From assembly GCA_035527275.1 (NCBI GenBank), contig DATLBA010000076.1:34-64033 (forward strand): a stretch of 64,000 bases of DNA. The letters are read 5' to 3'. Shown one piece after another: positions 9,971 to 19,478 of this stretch. This DNA comes from Phycisphaerae bacterium. Its GTDB lineage: Bacteria; Planctomycetota; Phycisphaerae; FEN-1346. The first letter of the stretch is position 1; the number at the start of each line of letters is the position of its first letter. A model generated the notes under the pieces. It was not told the DNA's origin and did not search any database. It saw only the letters and a list, made by a program, of their open reading frames with translations. Both the position numbers and the translations under genes were made by a program.

Positions 9971-11722
9971 TTATTCCTCTTTTTTGCGGATGCGGCGCTC
10001 CCACCTGTCGGCCTCCGCGCTGCGTCCGGCCTCCCGAAGCGCCGCCACATACACTTCCACAACGTGAACGAAAGCGGGATTCGTTTCTCTCTCAGCGCCG
10101 GGGGCTGCCAGTCCCCGGTACCGGGGCACCTTCTCCGCCATAATCTTGAGATACTTGAGGCGCATGTCCAGGTTTTGCATCAGGGCAACCGCCCGGTCAA
10201 AGAGGCCCAGGAAGCCGTAGTGGTCCGCCACATATCGCTCGGCTGCCAGGACGTATAATTTCAGCGCGTTCTCGGTCCGCCCGGCGGCTTCCAGGTAGGC
10301 TCCCTGAAGGCTCCGGAGTTTGACCGCCAGGTCCGGGCGCTTGGACTGCTCGTAGATCTTGAACGCCTGCTCCAGGATCTTGAGGTTTCTGCGGACCTCT
10401 TTCTCCTCCTCCGTCTCCGCCGCCGCGAGCCGCGGGGCCAGAATCTTCTCGAGCACCTCAAACGTCAGGTCCGGATAGGCGGCGAAGTGCCGGAACATCT
10501 GGTCATACATCTTCTCGCCCACTTCGCGCGAGAGGACCCCCTCGGCCACGTCGCGGGCCATCAGCCGCCACACATCGGCGCCATACGGATTTCGCCGGAC
10601 CGCGCCATCGAGCAGACCGGCGACTTTGCCCCGCGTTTCGGGATCGAGCAGGTCGTAGATGTGGCAGCCGATCCGGGCCTGAAGCCATCCCTCGTAGGAG
10701 TGGACCATCGCGGCCGTCAACAACTGGACATCGCGATCAAGGATAATCGTGCCTTTGACGGGACAGAAGACCTCGCCGCGGTAATATTTATCGTAATCGA
10801 AACGCCCCGAAAACAGGAGGTCCGCCTGCTTGCCTCTGCGGCCGACCCAGGAAACCCAGGCATGGCCGCCGCGCGCCCCTTCGCCACAATCATACATGCC
10901 CGGGATGCCCAGCGACTTGAGAACGCGGCTGGTATAGTAGGCCCGCTCCATGCAGACCCCGCCGTAGGTCAGGAGGTTCTGTAACGTGTAAGGCCGGTCA
11001 CCGATTCGTCCCTCGCCCTTGATTCGACTGGTATCATAAGGCACGTCGTAGTAGATCTTCTCAAGCGACGCCTTTTTCGCGTAGCGCCCGAGAGCCCACT
11101 CGCGCTCCTCGATTGGGATGTCGTTATCCGCCACGAAGGCCAGCATCGGCCAAGGCGTCGTCACAAGCGACATCTTCATCGCCTTCTTCTCATACTTCAG
11201 GTAGTACGCGAATGATTCCTCAAGTGACGGTTCGGGACGCCGGGGCGAGGCGTACCGGTGTCGCAAACCCGGCTGGAGGGTGCTTCCCTGGCCCGCCCGG
11301 CCATAGGCGATCGCAAAGGCCAGCGCAAGATGCTTGTGACGATCGAACTGCTGCCCGAACTTTTCGGTGAGCGTCTTCAGACACGCAACAACCCCCGGCT
11401 CATACTCGGGGTACAATTCCACGAGCAACGCGTCGTGCAGGACCTCGTCCGCTGCGATGCGATTCCAGAACTCCTCGGAGACGTGTGCCGGCACGAGCCG
11501 CTCGCGGGCGCATGCGTCGGCGTATTGTTTGAACAGCGCGATCAATTCGCCGGTGAGGTTGCCCTTCGAGCCAAGTTCGACGACTTGACGGCGGAGTTCG
11601 TCGGCGGTCCGGGGCGCTTCGGCGGCCTCGCCATGCGGCGGCGCGGTTGCTCCCAGCCCAAGGACGCCGAGCCAAAGGAGCAATAGCGCTGCCGTCGCCA
11701 CGATCTTCACTGGTTTACACAT
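9971..11722 (-). CDS. secreted transglutaminase-like (Cys-protease fold) domain protein
   Basis: N-terminal signal peptide. The GVCMERAYYTSRVLKSLGIPG...GGHAWVSW arrangement resembles a transglutaminase-like Cys-His core. GGGGGG RBS. Confidence 0.55.
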   Translation of the reverse strand: MCKPVKIVATAALLLLWLGVLGLGATAPPHGEAAEAPRTADELRRQVVELGSKGNLTGELIALFKQYADACARERLVPAHVSEEFWNRIAADEVLHDALLVELYPEYEPGVVACLKTLTEKFGQQFDRHKHLALAFAIAYGRAGQGSTLQPGLRHRYASPRRPEPSLEESFAYYLKYEKKAMKMSLVTTPWPMLAFVADNDIPIEEREWALGRYAKKASLEKIYYDVPYDTSRIKGEGRIGDRPYTLQNLLTYGGVCMERAYYTSRVLKSLGIPGMYDCGEGARGGHAWVSWVGRRGKQADLLFSGRFDYDKYYRGEVFCPVKGTIILDRDVQLLTAAMVHSYEGWLQARIGCHIYDLLDPETRGKVAGLLDGAVRRNPYGADVWRLMARDVAEGVLSREVGEKMYDQMFRHFAAYPDLTFEVLEKILAPRLAAAETEEEKEVRRNLKILEQAFKIYEQSKRPDLAVKLRSLQGAYLEAAGRTENALKLYVLAAERYVADHYGFLGLFDRAVALMQNLDMRLKYLKIMAEKVPRYRGLAAPGAERETNPAFVHVVEVYVAALREAGRSAEADRWERRIRKKEE

Positions 11723-11781
11723 ACCGAAACCCCCCTAATGTTCGCCCGAGATGTCTCCCGATTCCACAAGTGGACCCGGCG

Positions 11782-12558
11782 TCATTTGGAGGACTTCTTC
11801 TTCCGGGCGACGAGGATGAGGTCGCGGCTCGTGTCCGGGTCGAACGGTTTCGGTTCGTAGCCGCCGTAGAACTGGAGGCGGACAAAACCGGCGTCGGTCG
11901 CCAGGGTCTTGAGTTCCGGCTGCTCGATGGCTACGGCCTGGGCGTGGAATTCAAGTTTCGTCCACTCGCCCGCCTGCTTTTCGAGGACGATGATGTCCAG
12001 GTCGCAGCGGCGGCGGACCTTGCGGGCGACCTTCAGGAAAAGGATTTCGCGGTCGTCCACGACGCGGACGCGCGGCTCCTCGTAGAGGTTCCGCCCCTCG
12101 GGCATGCGGGCATAGTTGAGGACGTGCAGGATCGCCACGCCGCCAGGCGCCAACACCTCGTAAATGCTCCCCACCGCCTGGCGGACGCCGTCCTTCGAGC
12201 CGACGAGCGACAAACTGTTGCCCGTGCAGATGATCGCGTCGAACGGTTCGCCAAAATAAGCCGCAAGGTCCAGGAAGTCGGCGACCTCGAATCGGACGTC
12301 GGCGCCGTCGAGTTTGGCGTCGCGGCTGGCCTGTTGAATCATCGCCGGCGAAAGGTCGCTCCCCGCCACCTCCAGACGCCACCGTGAAAAGAGGCGGACA
12401 TGATGGCCCGTGCCGCAGGCGCAATCCAAGACACGGCGGACCCTGGCGCTGGCAAAGACCCGCTGAAAAAACGGGGCCTCGTGGGCCAGCCGCCGCTCCC
12501 AATTGACCATCAGATCGTAATACGGCTGGAACGCATCGGGGACTTGGGCGTCGGCCAT
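11782..12558 (-). CDS. class I SAM-dependent methyltransferase
   Basis: VLDCACGTGHH motif I plus downstream acidic motif II. GGAGG RBS 7 nt upstream of ATG 12558. Confidence 0.8.
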   Translation of the reverse strand: MADAQVPDAFQPYYDLMVNWERRLAHEAPFFQRVFASARVRRVLDCACGTGHHVRLFSRWRLEVAGSDLSPAMIQQASRDAKLDGADVRFEVADFLDLAAYFGEPFDAIICTGNSLSLVGSKDGVRQAVGSIYEVLAPGGVAILHVLNYARMPEGRNLYEEPRVRVVDDREILFLKVARKVRRRCDLDIIVLEKQAGEWTKLEFHAQAVAIEQPELKTLATDAGFVRLQFYGGYEPKPFDPDTSRDLILVARKKKSSK

Positions 12559-12854
12559 CGTCGAGCCTCCGCATTATGGCGCCCGGACAAGAACGGTGTG
12601 AATCTTAGGCCGCCCGGGTGGTCTGTGCAAGCCTTTCCCCGCCGTGGCCAGGCAGAAGGCGCCACAAATCCGTATTTGCCGCCATGGCGGCCGCGTTGGA
12701 GACGCAGGCGGGCCGCGAGGGGCAAAGCGGAGTCGGGCGTCGCGAATCAGTGACGTTCGGCAAGAGCCCTGACTTCCAGGGCTGCAATATTGAATACGTC
12801 GCACTCGATGTGCACCTTGTTGATATCACAAAACCACGGCATTGGGTTGACATG

Positions 12855-12950
12855 ACGCTGTCTGTTTATGGAACCCCTGAGCCGGCAACGCTGGGCCTCA
12901 TGGCGGCAGGGCTTGTGGCGATTTGCCTGAAACGGAGGCGCTCGGCGTAG
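12855..12950 (+). other. PEP-CTERM sorting-signal remnant (tiny ORF, or the C-terminal piece of a degraded gene)
   Basis: Encodes ...VYGTPEPATLGLMAAGLVAICLKRRRSA-stop: PEP motif + hydrophobic helix + Arg cluster, a canonical PEP-CTERM tag. No signal peptide or substantial N-terminal domain is in frame. Preceded by an unusually AT-rich patch (12780-12860). Confidence 0.3.
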
Positions 12951-12986
12951 GACGAGGGTTTGTCGCTCGCGCCGTCGTGCGCGGCC

Positions 12987-14642
12987 CTACGGTTCTGCCG
13001 CTGGGGCCGGGGCGGAGGGCACCGAAGCGAAGGGCGAGCCTTCTTCGCCCACCAGGCCCATGTTTTCGAGCGCCAGGGCCAGGCTCGCCTCCACGCCTTC
13101 GGCGTCGGGGCGGCGTTGGAGAGCCTTTTCATACTGCTCGACGGCGAGCGGCCACAGGCCGCGGTCCGCATACACGAGCCCCAGCCGGTAGTGCAGGTCC
13201 ACGTATTCCGGCTGGAGGTTGACCGCCCGTTCGAGCGTCTTCGCGGCCTCTTCCAGGCGGCCGGCCTCCCACGTCGTCAGTCCCAACTTGACCAGGGCCT
13301 TCATATACGTCGGGTTGAGTTCCACTGCCGCACGGAACTGCTCGAGCGCCTCCTCGGTCCGCCCGGCGCTCTTCAGGAGCAGGCCGTAGCGGTATCGGTA
13401 GTCGGGGAAGTTGGGGTGGGCGGCCACGGCGTCGGCGTGTTCCCGGAGTTCGGCGGCGAGGACGTCGGCGGGGTCCAGTTTGTCCACGGCGGGGGCCATC
13501 GCGTCGGCCGGCACGTCCAGTTCGCGCCGCCGCACCGCCGACAGGGAGGAGCGCAGCATCAGCCGCGCTATCTCCTGATACAGGCGATCCGACCCGGGCG
13601 CCACCTGGGCCGCCATCCGGACGGCCTCGTCGGCCTGCTCGTCCTGCCCCGATCGCCGATACGCCACCGCCAAGCCGACGTAGGCCTCCAGATAGCCATC
13701 GTTGACGCGGGTGGCGCGCCGGTAGTGGGCGACGGCGTCCTCGGCCCGGCCCAATTCCACAAGGACCTGCCCGCGCAGGATCAGCGCGTCCAGATACCGC
13801 GGGTTCATCGCCAGCGCCTGCTGGAGGTGATAGTCCGCCGAGGCCAGGTCGCCAGTCCGAACCAGCAGCGACGCCGCCCGGTGATGCATGTCGGGATAGT
13901 CGGGGTGGAGGTCGAGGACGCGGCGGATTTCTTCGAGCGCCTGTTCGGGCATGCCGAGGTTTTCGAGGCAGTCGGCCAGTTGGCATCGGGCCTCCCAGTT
14001 GTCCGGCTCGATGAGAAGCGCTTCCTGGTATTCGCGGATGGCTTCCGCCATGTTGCCGCGACGCACCTGGAGGGAGGCCAGATTCATGCGGGTTTCAAAA
14101 TCGCCCGGTTCCTGCCGCTTCAGCATTGCGTATTGACGGACCGCGTGGTCCAGGTTTCCCCTCACGAGTTCCAGCGCCGCCAGGCGTTGGCGTGCGGCGG
14201 TGTGCATCGGGTCGGCCGCAAGCGCCAGCCGATAACTTGCCGCCGCCTCGTCCATCGCGCCGCGGCGTTCCTCGAGTTGCCCGATGACGTAACGAACGGT
14301 CGCTTCCTGGAAACACCGCTCGGCCACCGGCTTGAGGAGTTCGACGGCCCTGGCGGGGTCGCCGAGGTCGCTGACGGCGGCGGCCAGCGCCACCCGGGCA
14401 TCGTCGAGTTCCGGGTCGAGGCGGACGGCTGATTCCAGGGCCTGCCTCGCGGCCGCCAGCCGCCCCAGTTCCATCTGCTTCAAGCCCACCGCCAGGTGCA
14501 GGTCGGCCTTGCGTGGTGCCTCGCGGACTTGCTCCTCGAGTTCCTCGAGCGACCGGTCCGTCGGCGCCTTGAGGAACTTGCTCAGATACCCCGTGAAATC
14601 CCCCGCGAGTCCTTTTCCGAGGGTCCGAAGGAGGTAACTCAT
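12987..14642 (-). CDS. tetratricopeptide repeat (TPR) protein
   Basis: More than 10 TPR-like repeats (AxxYxxAL... pattern). Start taken at ATG 14642 (MSYLLRTLGK) with AGGAGG 6 nt upstream, giving an ATGA overlap with the upstream TPR gene. The longer ORF to 14840 is an Arg/Gly-rich extension. Confidence 0.8.
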   Translation of the reverse strand: MSYLLRTLGKGLAGDFTGYLSKFLKAPTDRSLEELEEQVREAPRKADLHLAVGLKQMELGRLAAARQALESAVRLDPELDDARVALAAAVSDLGDPARAVELLKPVAERCFQEATVRYVIGQLEERRGAMDEAAASYRLALAADPMHTAARQRLAALELVRGNLDHAVRQYAMLKRQEPGDFETRMNLASLQVRRGNMAEAIREYQEALLIEPDNWEARCQLADCLENLGMPEQALEEIRRVLDLHPDYPDMHHRAASLLVRTGDLASADYHLQQALAMNPRYLDALILRGQVLVELGRAEDAVAHYRRATRVNDGYLEAYVGLAVAYRRSGQDEQADEAVRMAAQVAPGSDRLYQEIARLMLRSSLSAVRRRELDVPADAMAPAVDKLDPADVLAAELREHADAVAAHPNFPDYRYRYGLLLKSAGRTEEALEQFRAAVELNPTYMKALVKLGLTTWEAGRLEEAAKTLERAVNLQPEYVDLHYRLGLVYADRGLWPLAVEQYEKALQRRPDAEGVEASLALALENMGLVGEEGSPFASVPSAPAPAAEP

Positions 14643-15646
14643 CCGCCGCCTCCTTTTGCCGCCAACGCTTCTTCGAGGTTTTCGAGGCGTCGGCGCGCCT
14701 CCTGACACTTGCCGTCCACCTCCAGGGCCCGGCGGTAGGCGTCGGCGGCCTCGTGGACCTGTCCCTGCTCTCGAAGCAGGCGCCCGAGATGCAGGTGCGC
14801 GTCGATCCACTCCGGCTTCAATTCCGTCACGCGGGTGCATCGCTCGGCCGCCTGGTCCGGCCGGCCATGCTTCTCGTACAGCCGGACGGCGAGCAGGGCG
14901 GCCTCGGCATACCGTGGGTTCAGGTCGATCGCCTTCTCGGCGGCCTCGATTGCCCGGTCGATTTCTCCGAGTTGCTCGGCCACGAGGCTTATCCCGAAAT
15001 ACAGGTCCGGATGGGACGGGTGCTGCGCGATCAGTCGCCGCAGCGCCCGCCGCGCCGCACGCAGGGTTTCCCGTTTTTCCGGTCCTGCTTCCCCGCGCCC
15101 GCCCACAAGTGCTTCGGCCAATTCGGGCTCGCGGGCCACGAGGCTTTCGACCAGGGCCGCCTGCCTGCGCGGTCGCGGCGGCCGCCGCTCCGGCCGCGCC
15201 GACGACGCCGCCAGAACCTCCTCCCCCACGTGAAGCAGGCAGGCGAGTTCACCCGGGACCCCGCCCGCCAGCGCGATTGCCTGTCTCAGGGTCTCGACCG
15301 ATTCGGCCGTTTTTCCGCACACCGCCTGGACGAGGGCCAGGTCCCGCAGATACTCGAATGTGGCGGGCTCCTGGGCCGAGGCCCGGGCCAGGTGCCGCTC
15401 CGCCGCCTCGTATTCGCCGGCCCCCGCAAAGATGAGGCCCAACAGATGGCGCAGCGACGCCGTTCCCGTCGCCTGGGCCAGCCCCGAGTGCAGCGCCGCC
15501 CGCGCCTGGGCGAGGCGCCCCGCGCGGCTCAACCACGCCGCCAGTTCACGGTGCCGCTCTGGTTGCGCCGGGTCCGACCGGAGGTGCTCCCGCAGGTCTC
15601 CCTCCTTGGCGTAGTCGTGCCGTCGCAACGCGCTGCTCTTTTCCAA
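14639..15646 (-). CDS. TPR repeat protein
   Basis: TPR repeats throughout. TTG start at 15646 with AGGAGGAG 5 nt upstream. Confidence 0.75.
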   Translation of the reverse strand: MEKSSALRRHDYAKEGDLREHLRSDPAQPERHRELAAWLSRAGRLAQARAALHSGLAQATGTASLRHLLGLIFAGAGEYEAAERHLARASAQEPATFEYLRDLALVQAVCGKTAESVETLRQAIALAGGVPGELACLLHVGEEVLAASSARPERRPPRPRRQAALVESLVAREPELAEALVGGRGEAGPEKRETLRAARRALRRLIAQHPSHPDLYFGISLVAEQLGEIDRAIEAAEKAIDLNPRYAEAALLAVRLYEKHGRPDQAAERCTRVTELKPEWIDAHLHLGRLLREQGQVHEAADAYRRALEVDGKCQEARRRLENLEEALAAKGGGG

Positions 15647-15664
15647 AGCGTCTCCTCCTACCCC

Positions 15665-16420
15665 CTACGGCACAACCCAGGTGGCGAAGCCTGCCGCGCC
15701 GACGCGCTTCGCCAGGGCGACTGCCTCCGCATAGGTCCGCGCTTGGCCCACGCGAACCGTATGGAACCGCTTCCGATTGCGCTCGGTCATGCCGAGGCGC
15801 GGTTGGAATCCGGCGGCCCGCAACCGGGCTGCTTCGCGCGATGCCCCCGTGCTCGACGCATAGGCCCCCGTCTGGACGCTGAACGCGCCCGCCCGATAGC
15901 GCCGCCGCGCCTCTGCTGCTGCCGCCGCCGTCTTCGGATAGTGCTCCATTACGTAGGCCAGGTACGTATCCGCGGCCCGCCACTTGCCGATCCGTTGAAG
16001 GCTGATGGCCAGCCTCAGGAGGACGCGCTCGAGCGGCAGGTCGTCCGGCGGATTCTTCAGCGCCCGGGCATAAGCCAGAACCGCTTCGCGGTCTTCCTCC
16101 GCCTCGTAATGAAGGTTCCCGATGGCGACGTGGGCGTAGGCGTCAATCGGCGGCGGCGGCGCCGCCCGCACGGCGTGCTGGAAATCGGCGAGCGCTTCGT
16201 CTCGAGCGCCCAGGCGCACTCGCGCCAGGCCGCGATAGTAATACGCCTCGCCCCGCGCCGGCGAACCGGGATGCGCCTGAAGGAATGTTGTGAATGCTTC
16301 GGCGGCCTCGTGCCAGCGGCCCGCCTCCAGCGCTGCATACCCTTGCTCAAACGGGAAATGGTCCTCCCGCCAGGCCAGTTGGCCGCATCCTGCCGCGACG
16401 ACCAGAATCGCCGCCGTCAT
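15665..16420 (-). CDS. lipoprotein with TPR repeats and a C-terminal SPOR (peptidoglycan-binding) domain
   Basis: Start at ATG 16420 (MTAAILVVAAGCGQ lipobox). TPR region. C-terminal FSVQTGAYASSTGASREAARLRAAGFQPRL...RFHTVRVGQARTYAEAVALAKRV matches SPOR-domain architecture. Confidence 0.65.
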   Translation of the reverse strand: MTAAILVVAAGCGQLAWREDHFPFEQGYAALEAGRWHEAAEAFTTFLQAHPGSPARGEAYYYRGLARVRLGARDEALADFQHAVRAAPPPPIDAYAHVAIGNLHYEAEEDREAVLAYARALKNPPDDLPLERVLLRLAISLQRIGKWRAADTYLAYVMEHYPKTAAAAAEARRRYRAGAFSVQTGAYASSTGASREAARLRAAGFQPRLGMTERNRKRFHTVRVGQARTYAEAVALAKRVGAAGFATWVVP

Positions 16421-16638
16421 GAGCGCACCGATTCGTCCCACGCTAGAGCCTTTCCATCGGGCCTGCCCGCCAAATCCTGGCAGGCGGGCCGGCGCGGGGG
16501 CACACTTTCCCCGCTGCGCCGTTGCCCCTGCGCTGCTCTCCACGGGTTAATCGGCCCCGAAACGCGCGAGCCTTGAGGTAAAAAGCGGCCTGCTGCGGAC
16601 TTATCGGACTTCGCCCCGGCCTCTACGCCTGAGGCGGA

Positions 16639-18183
16639 CTAGAGGTGGAGATGATCGCGCACGTAGGAGAGGACGGCCTCGGCCGCAATCCGCTCCTGTT
16701 TCATCGTGTCGCGGTCGCGAATCGTCACCGTGCCGTCCTCGTTCGTCTGGCCGTCCACGGTGACGCAGAACGGCGTGCCGGCCTCGTCCTGTCGGCGGTA
16801 GCGGCGGCCGACCGCGCCCTTTTCGTCGTAGAAGGTCGCTATGTGCTCCCTGCACGCGGCCCAGATGGCGCGGGCCTTCTCGGGCATCCCGTCCTTGCGG
16901 ACCAGCGGGAAGACGGCCACCTTAATGGGCGCAAGGCGCGGGTGAAGCCTGAGGACGGTGCGCTTGCGCATCTTGCCCTTCTCGTCGGGGGCCTCGTCCT
17001 CGTCGTAGGCCTCGGCGAGAAACGCCAACGCCGCCCGGTCCACGCCGCCCGACGGCTCGATGACGTAGGGGATGAACCGCTCCTTGGTCTCATCGTCGAA
17101 GTAGGTCATGTCGCGGCCGCTGGCCTCCTGGTGCCGAGTCAGGTCGAAATCGGTGCGGTTCGCGATGCCCTCGAGTTCGCTCGTTCCGAACGGGAAGGCG
17201 TATTCGATGTCGGCGCACGCCTTGGCATAGTGAGCGAGTTCGTCCGGCTTGTGGTCGCGCAGGCGCAGCCGCTCGCCTTTCAGGCCCAGGCCGACATACC
17301 ACTGGAACCGCGCGTCGCGCCAATACTCATACCACTTGTCGGCCTCGCTCTGGCGGCAGAAGAACTCGATTTCCATCATTTCGAACTCGCGGCTGCGGAA
17401 GGTGTAGTTGCGCGGGTTAATCTCGTTGCGGAACGCCTTGCCGATCTGGGCGATGCCGAAGGGGATTTTGAGCCGCGTCGTGTCCAGGACGTTCTTGTAG
17501 TTGGCGAAGATGCCCTGGGCCGTTTCGGGCCGGAGGTAGACTTTCGAAGACGAGTCCTGCATGGCGCCTGCGTAGGTTTCAAACATCAGATTGAATGCGC
17601 GAGGAGAGGTCAACGTCCCGACTTGATCGCAATCGGGACAATGAACCTTGGCGTAAGCCTCCGGGTTCCTGATCCAACTGAGGGCGTGGACTTCGTGCTT
17701 GGGGTTCCAGCCCCCGGGCTGGTCAGGGTGGCTCCTCTGCAGCTTCTCGATTCTCTTGCGGTGCTTCGCCCTGACGTCATCCTCGGAACCCACGGCCGAG
17801 AAGTAGCAATCCTCGCTGGCGCGCCCCTTGGGTCCCCCACGGGGTATGAAGTGCAGCGCCAGAACGGTTACCTGATCGCCCCGAAACCGGGAGTTGCATG
17901 CCTTACAGTCCACCATCGGGTCCGTAAAGCCGCCCACATGCCCGCTGGCTTCCCAGACCTTGGGATTCATGATGATGGCCGCGTCGAGGCCGACGATGTC
18001 GTCGCGGTTCGTGACGAGGTCCCGCCACCAGGCGTCTTTGATGTTGCGCTTCAGTTCCACGCCGAGCGGCCCGTAGTCCCAGAAACCGTTGATGCCGCCG
18101 TAGATCTCGCTCGACGGGAAGATGAACCCGCGGCGTTTCGCCAGCGAGACGATTCGTTCCATCCGATCCTGATCGTTGGCCAT
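16639..18183 (-). CDS. glyQS: glycine--tRNA ligase (dimeric alpha2 type)
   Basis: Class II aaRS motifs and the GlyRS-specific N-terminus FIFPSSEIYGGINGFWDYGPLG, full length. Confidence 0.9.
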   Translation of the reverse strand: MANDQDRMERIVSLAKRRGFIFPSSEIYGGINGFWDYGPLGVELKRNIKDAWWRDLVTNRDDIVGLDAAIIMNPKVWEASGHVGGFTDPMVDCKACNSRFRGDQVTVLALHFIPRGGPKGRASEDCYFSAVGSEDDVRAKHRKRIEKLQRSHPDQPGGWNPKHEVHALSWIRNPEAYAKVHCPDCDQVGTLTSPRAFNLMFETYAGAMQDSSSKVYLRPETAQGIFANYKNVLDTTRLKIPFGIAQIGKAFRNEINPRNYTFRSREFEMMEIEFFCRQSEADKWYEYWRDARFQWYVGLGLKGERLRLRDHKPDELAHYAKACADIEYAFPFGTSELEGIANRTDFDLTRHQEASGRDMTYFDDETKERFIPYVIEPSGGVDRAALAFLAEAYDEDEAPDEKGKMRKRTVLRLHPRLAPIKVAVFPLVRKDGMPEKARAIWAACREHIATFYDEKGAVGRRYRRQDEAGTPFCVTVDGQTNEDGTVTIRDRDTMKQERIAAEAVLSYVRDHLHL

Positions 18184-18399
18184 CAGCCGTTTTCTGCCTT
18201 CTCACACCGTCCGGGTGGCGTCCTCCCGATGCATCGGGACCGGGACCCGGCTCTTGGGGCCGCATCATAGTGGCCCATGCCCCGAGGGTCAACGCTTTCC
18301 CCCCTCCGGCGGGCCAAGCCACGGCCGTCCGGGCACGGCCCGGACGCCACCTAAACGCGAATGCGTTGCGCCCGGACGGCGGAACGCCCGACAATTCCC

Positions 18400-18428
18400 T
18401 TACAGGACACCCGGAGGGAACATATAAT
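18400..18428 (+). promoter_or_regulatory. near-consensus sigma70-type promoter for the pseudopilin gene
   Basis: TTACAG-17 nt-TATAAT. Followed by a GGGGGAGGA / AAGG Shine-Dalgarno region and ATG 18463. Confidence 0.45.
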
Positions 18429-18462
18429 ACAGGGGGAGGAATCAAAGACAAAGGGAAGGTAA

Positions 18463-19167
18463 ATGGGTGCACGAAGGCAGCGCGGGTTTACGCTGATTGA
18501 GTTGCTGGTTGTCATCATGATCATCGGAATCCTGATAGCCCTTCTGTTTCCGGTGTTCCAGACGGTGCTGGAGGCGGCCAACGAGGCGCGGTGCCAGAAC
18601 AACCTGGACCAGTTGGCCAAGGCGATTCTGACGTATTGCCAGACGCACGACGGCTTTCTGCCGCTGCCCAACGCGTGGTTGGGAGAGGAAGGGTGGTTGA
18701 TGAGACTAAAACTGGTCGGCGACCCGGAGAGCTTCATCTGCCCGAAGCACATGGACCAGTGGGCACTGGAACTTTTTTCTCCCGACGACCGCGCGCACTG
18801 GAAAACCGAGGCGGAGCGGGACGGCAAAACTCACAATAACCGCGACCAAATCTTCAGCAGTTACGCCATGAACATCTACGCCGAGACGGACGACAACCCC
18901 CCTGAGCCGCGCCGCTGGGACCAGTTCCTGCCCAGGCATTTCCTCCTGGTCGAGGAGCATCCGACGGAGAGCGAATATACGGATGGGGCCATTTCGCCGG
19001 ACGACACGCTTTTCGCCATCGCCGAGCGGCACGCGGGGGGCGGCTACGTCGTGTGTTTCGGCGGCCAGGTCATCCGCATGACGCGCGAAGAATTCGACGA
19101 GACCAAATCAACCAGCGGCAACCCCAGCCCCAGGGAGGATCGCTGGGGACGCGAGTACATGTGGTGA
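18463..19167 (+). CDS. prepilin-type N-terminal cleavage/methylation domain protein (type II secretion pseudopilin-like, DUF1559-like)
   Basis: N-terminal [24 protein letters not shown] class III signal. C-terminal [16 protein letters not shown] resembles the H-X9-DG motif of Planctomycete DUF1559 proteins, with DG replaced by GG. Confidence 0.8.
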   Translation: MGARRQRGFTLIELLVVIMIIGILIALLFPVFQTVLEAANEARCQNNLDQLAKAILTYCQTHDGFLPLPNAWLGEEGWLMRLKLVGDPESFICPKHMDQWALELFSPDDRAHWKTEAERDGKTHNNRDQIFSSYAMNIYAETDDNPPEPRRWDQFLPRHFLLVEEHPTESEYTDGAISPDDTLFAIAERHAGGGYVVCFGGQVIRMTREEFDETKSTSGNPSPREDRWGREYMW

Positions 19168-19478
19168 TTGGGCGGGCCAATCCCGATGTCCATCCGGAAC
19201 TCGCCGCGCATACTTCGGGCGCACCGGTCAAGGCCGCGCCGCTGCTGCCCTGCCCCCGTTTTATGTACCAGCCGTTATGAGAGTCAGGTCCAATGATTCT
19301 TCCTTCGCCGGCCGGGCCGGAGGGACCCGTACGGGGACCGGATGGCCTCGGGCAGTAAAGCCTGAGGCTTTTTTACTTACGATTTTCGATTGCCGATTGG
19401 TGATTCGGCGGATACGGTTGGCAGTTCGTCGTTTTCAAATCGCAAATCGAAAATGGGCCCGGCAGCGCAGCGAGGCTG

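Noticed and set aside
12960-14432. 490-aa + strand ORF antisense to the TPR gene, plus similar long antisense / alternative-frame ORFs elsewhere (e.g. 1820-2635, 13129-13986, 30318-31415, 37158-38354, 19737-21542).
   Set aside because: Low-complexity Arg/Gly/Pro/Ala-rich translations typical of GC-rich non-coding frames. Each is fully overlapped by a gene with clear domain content.
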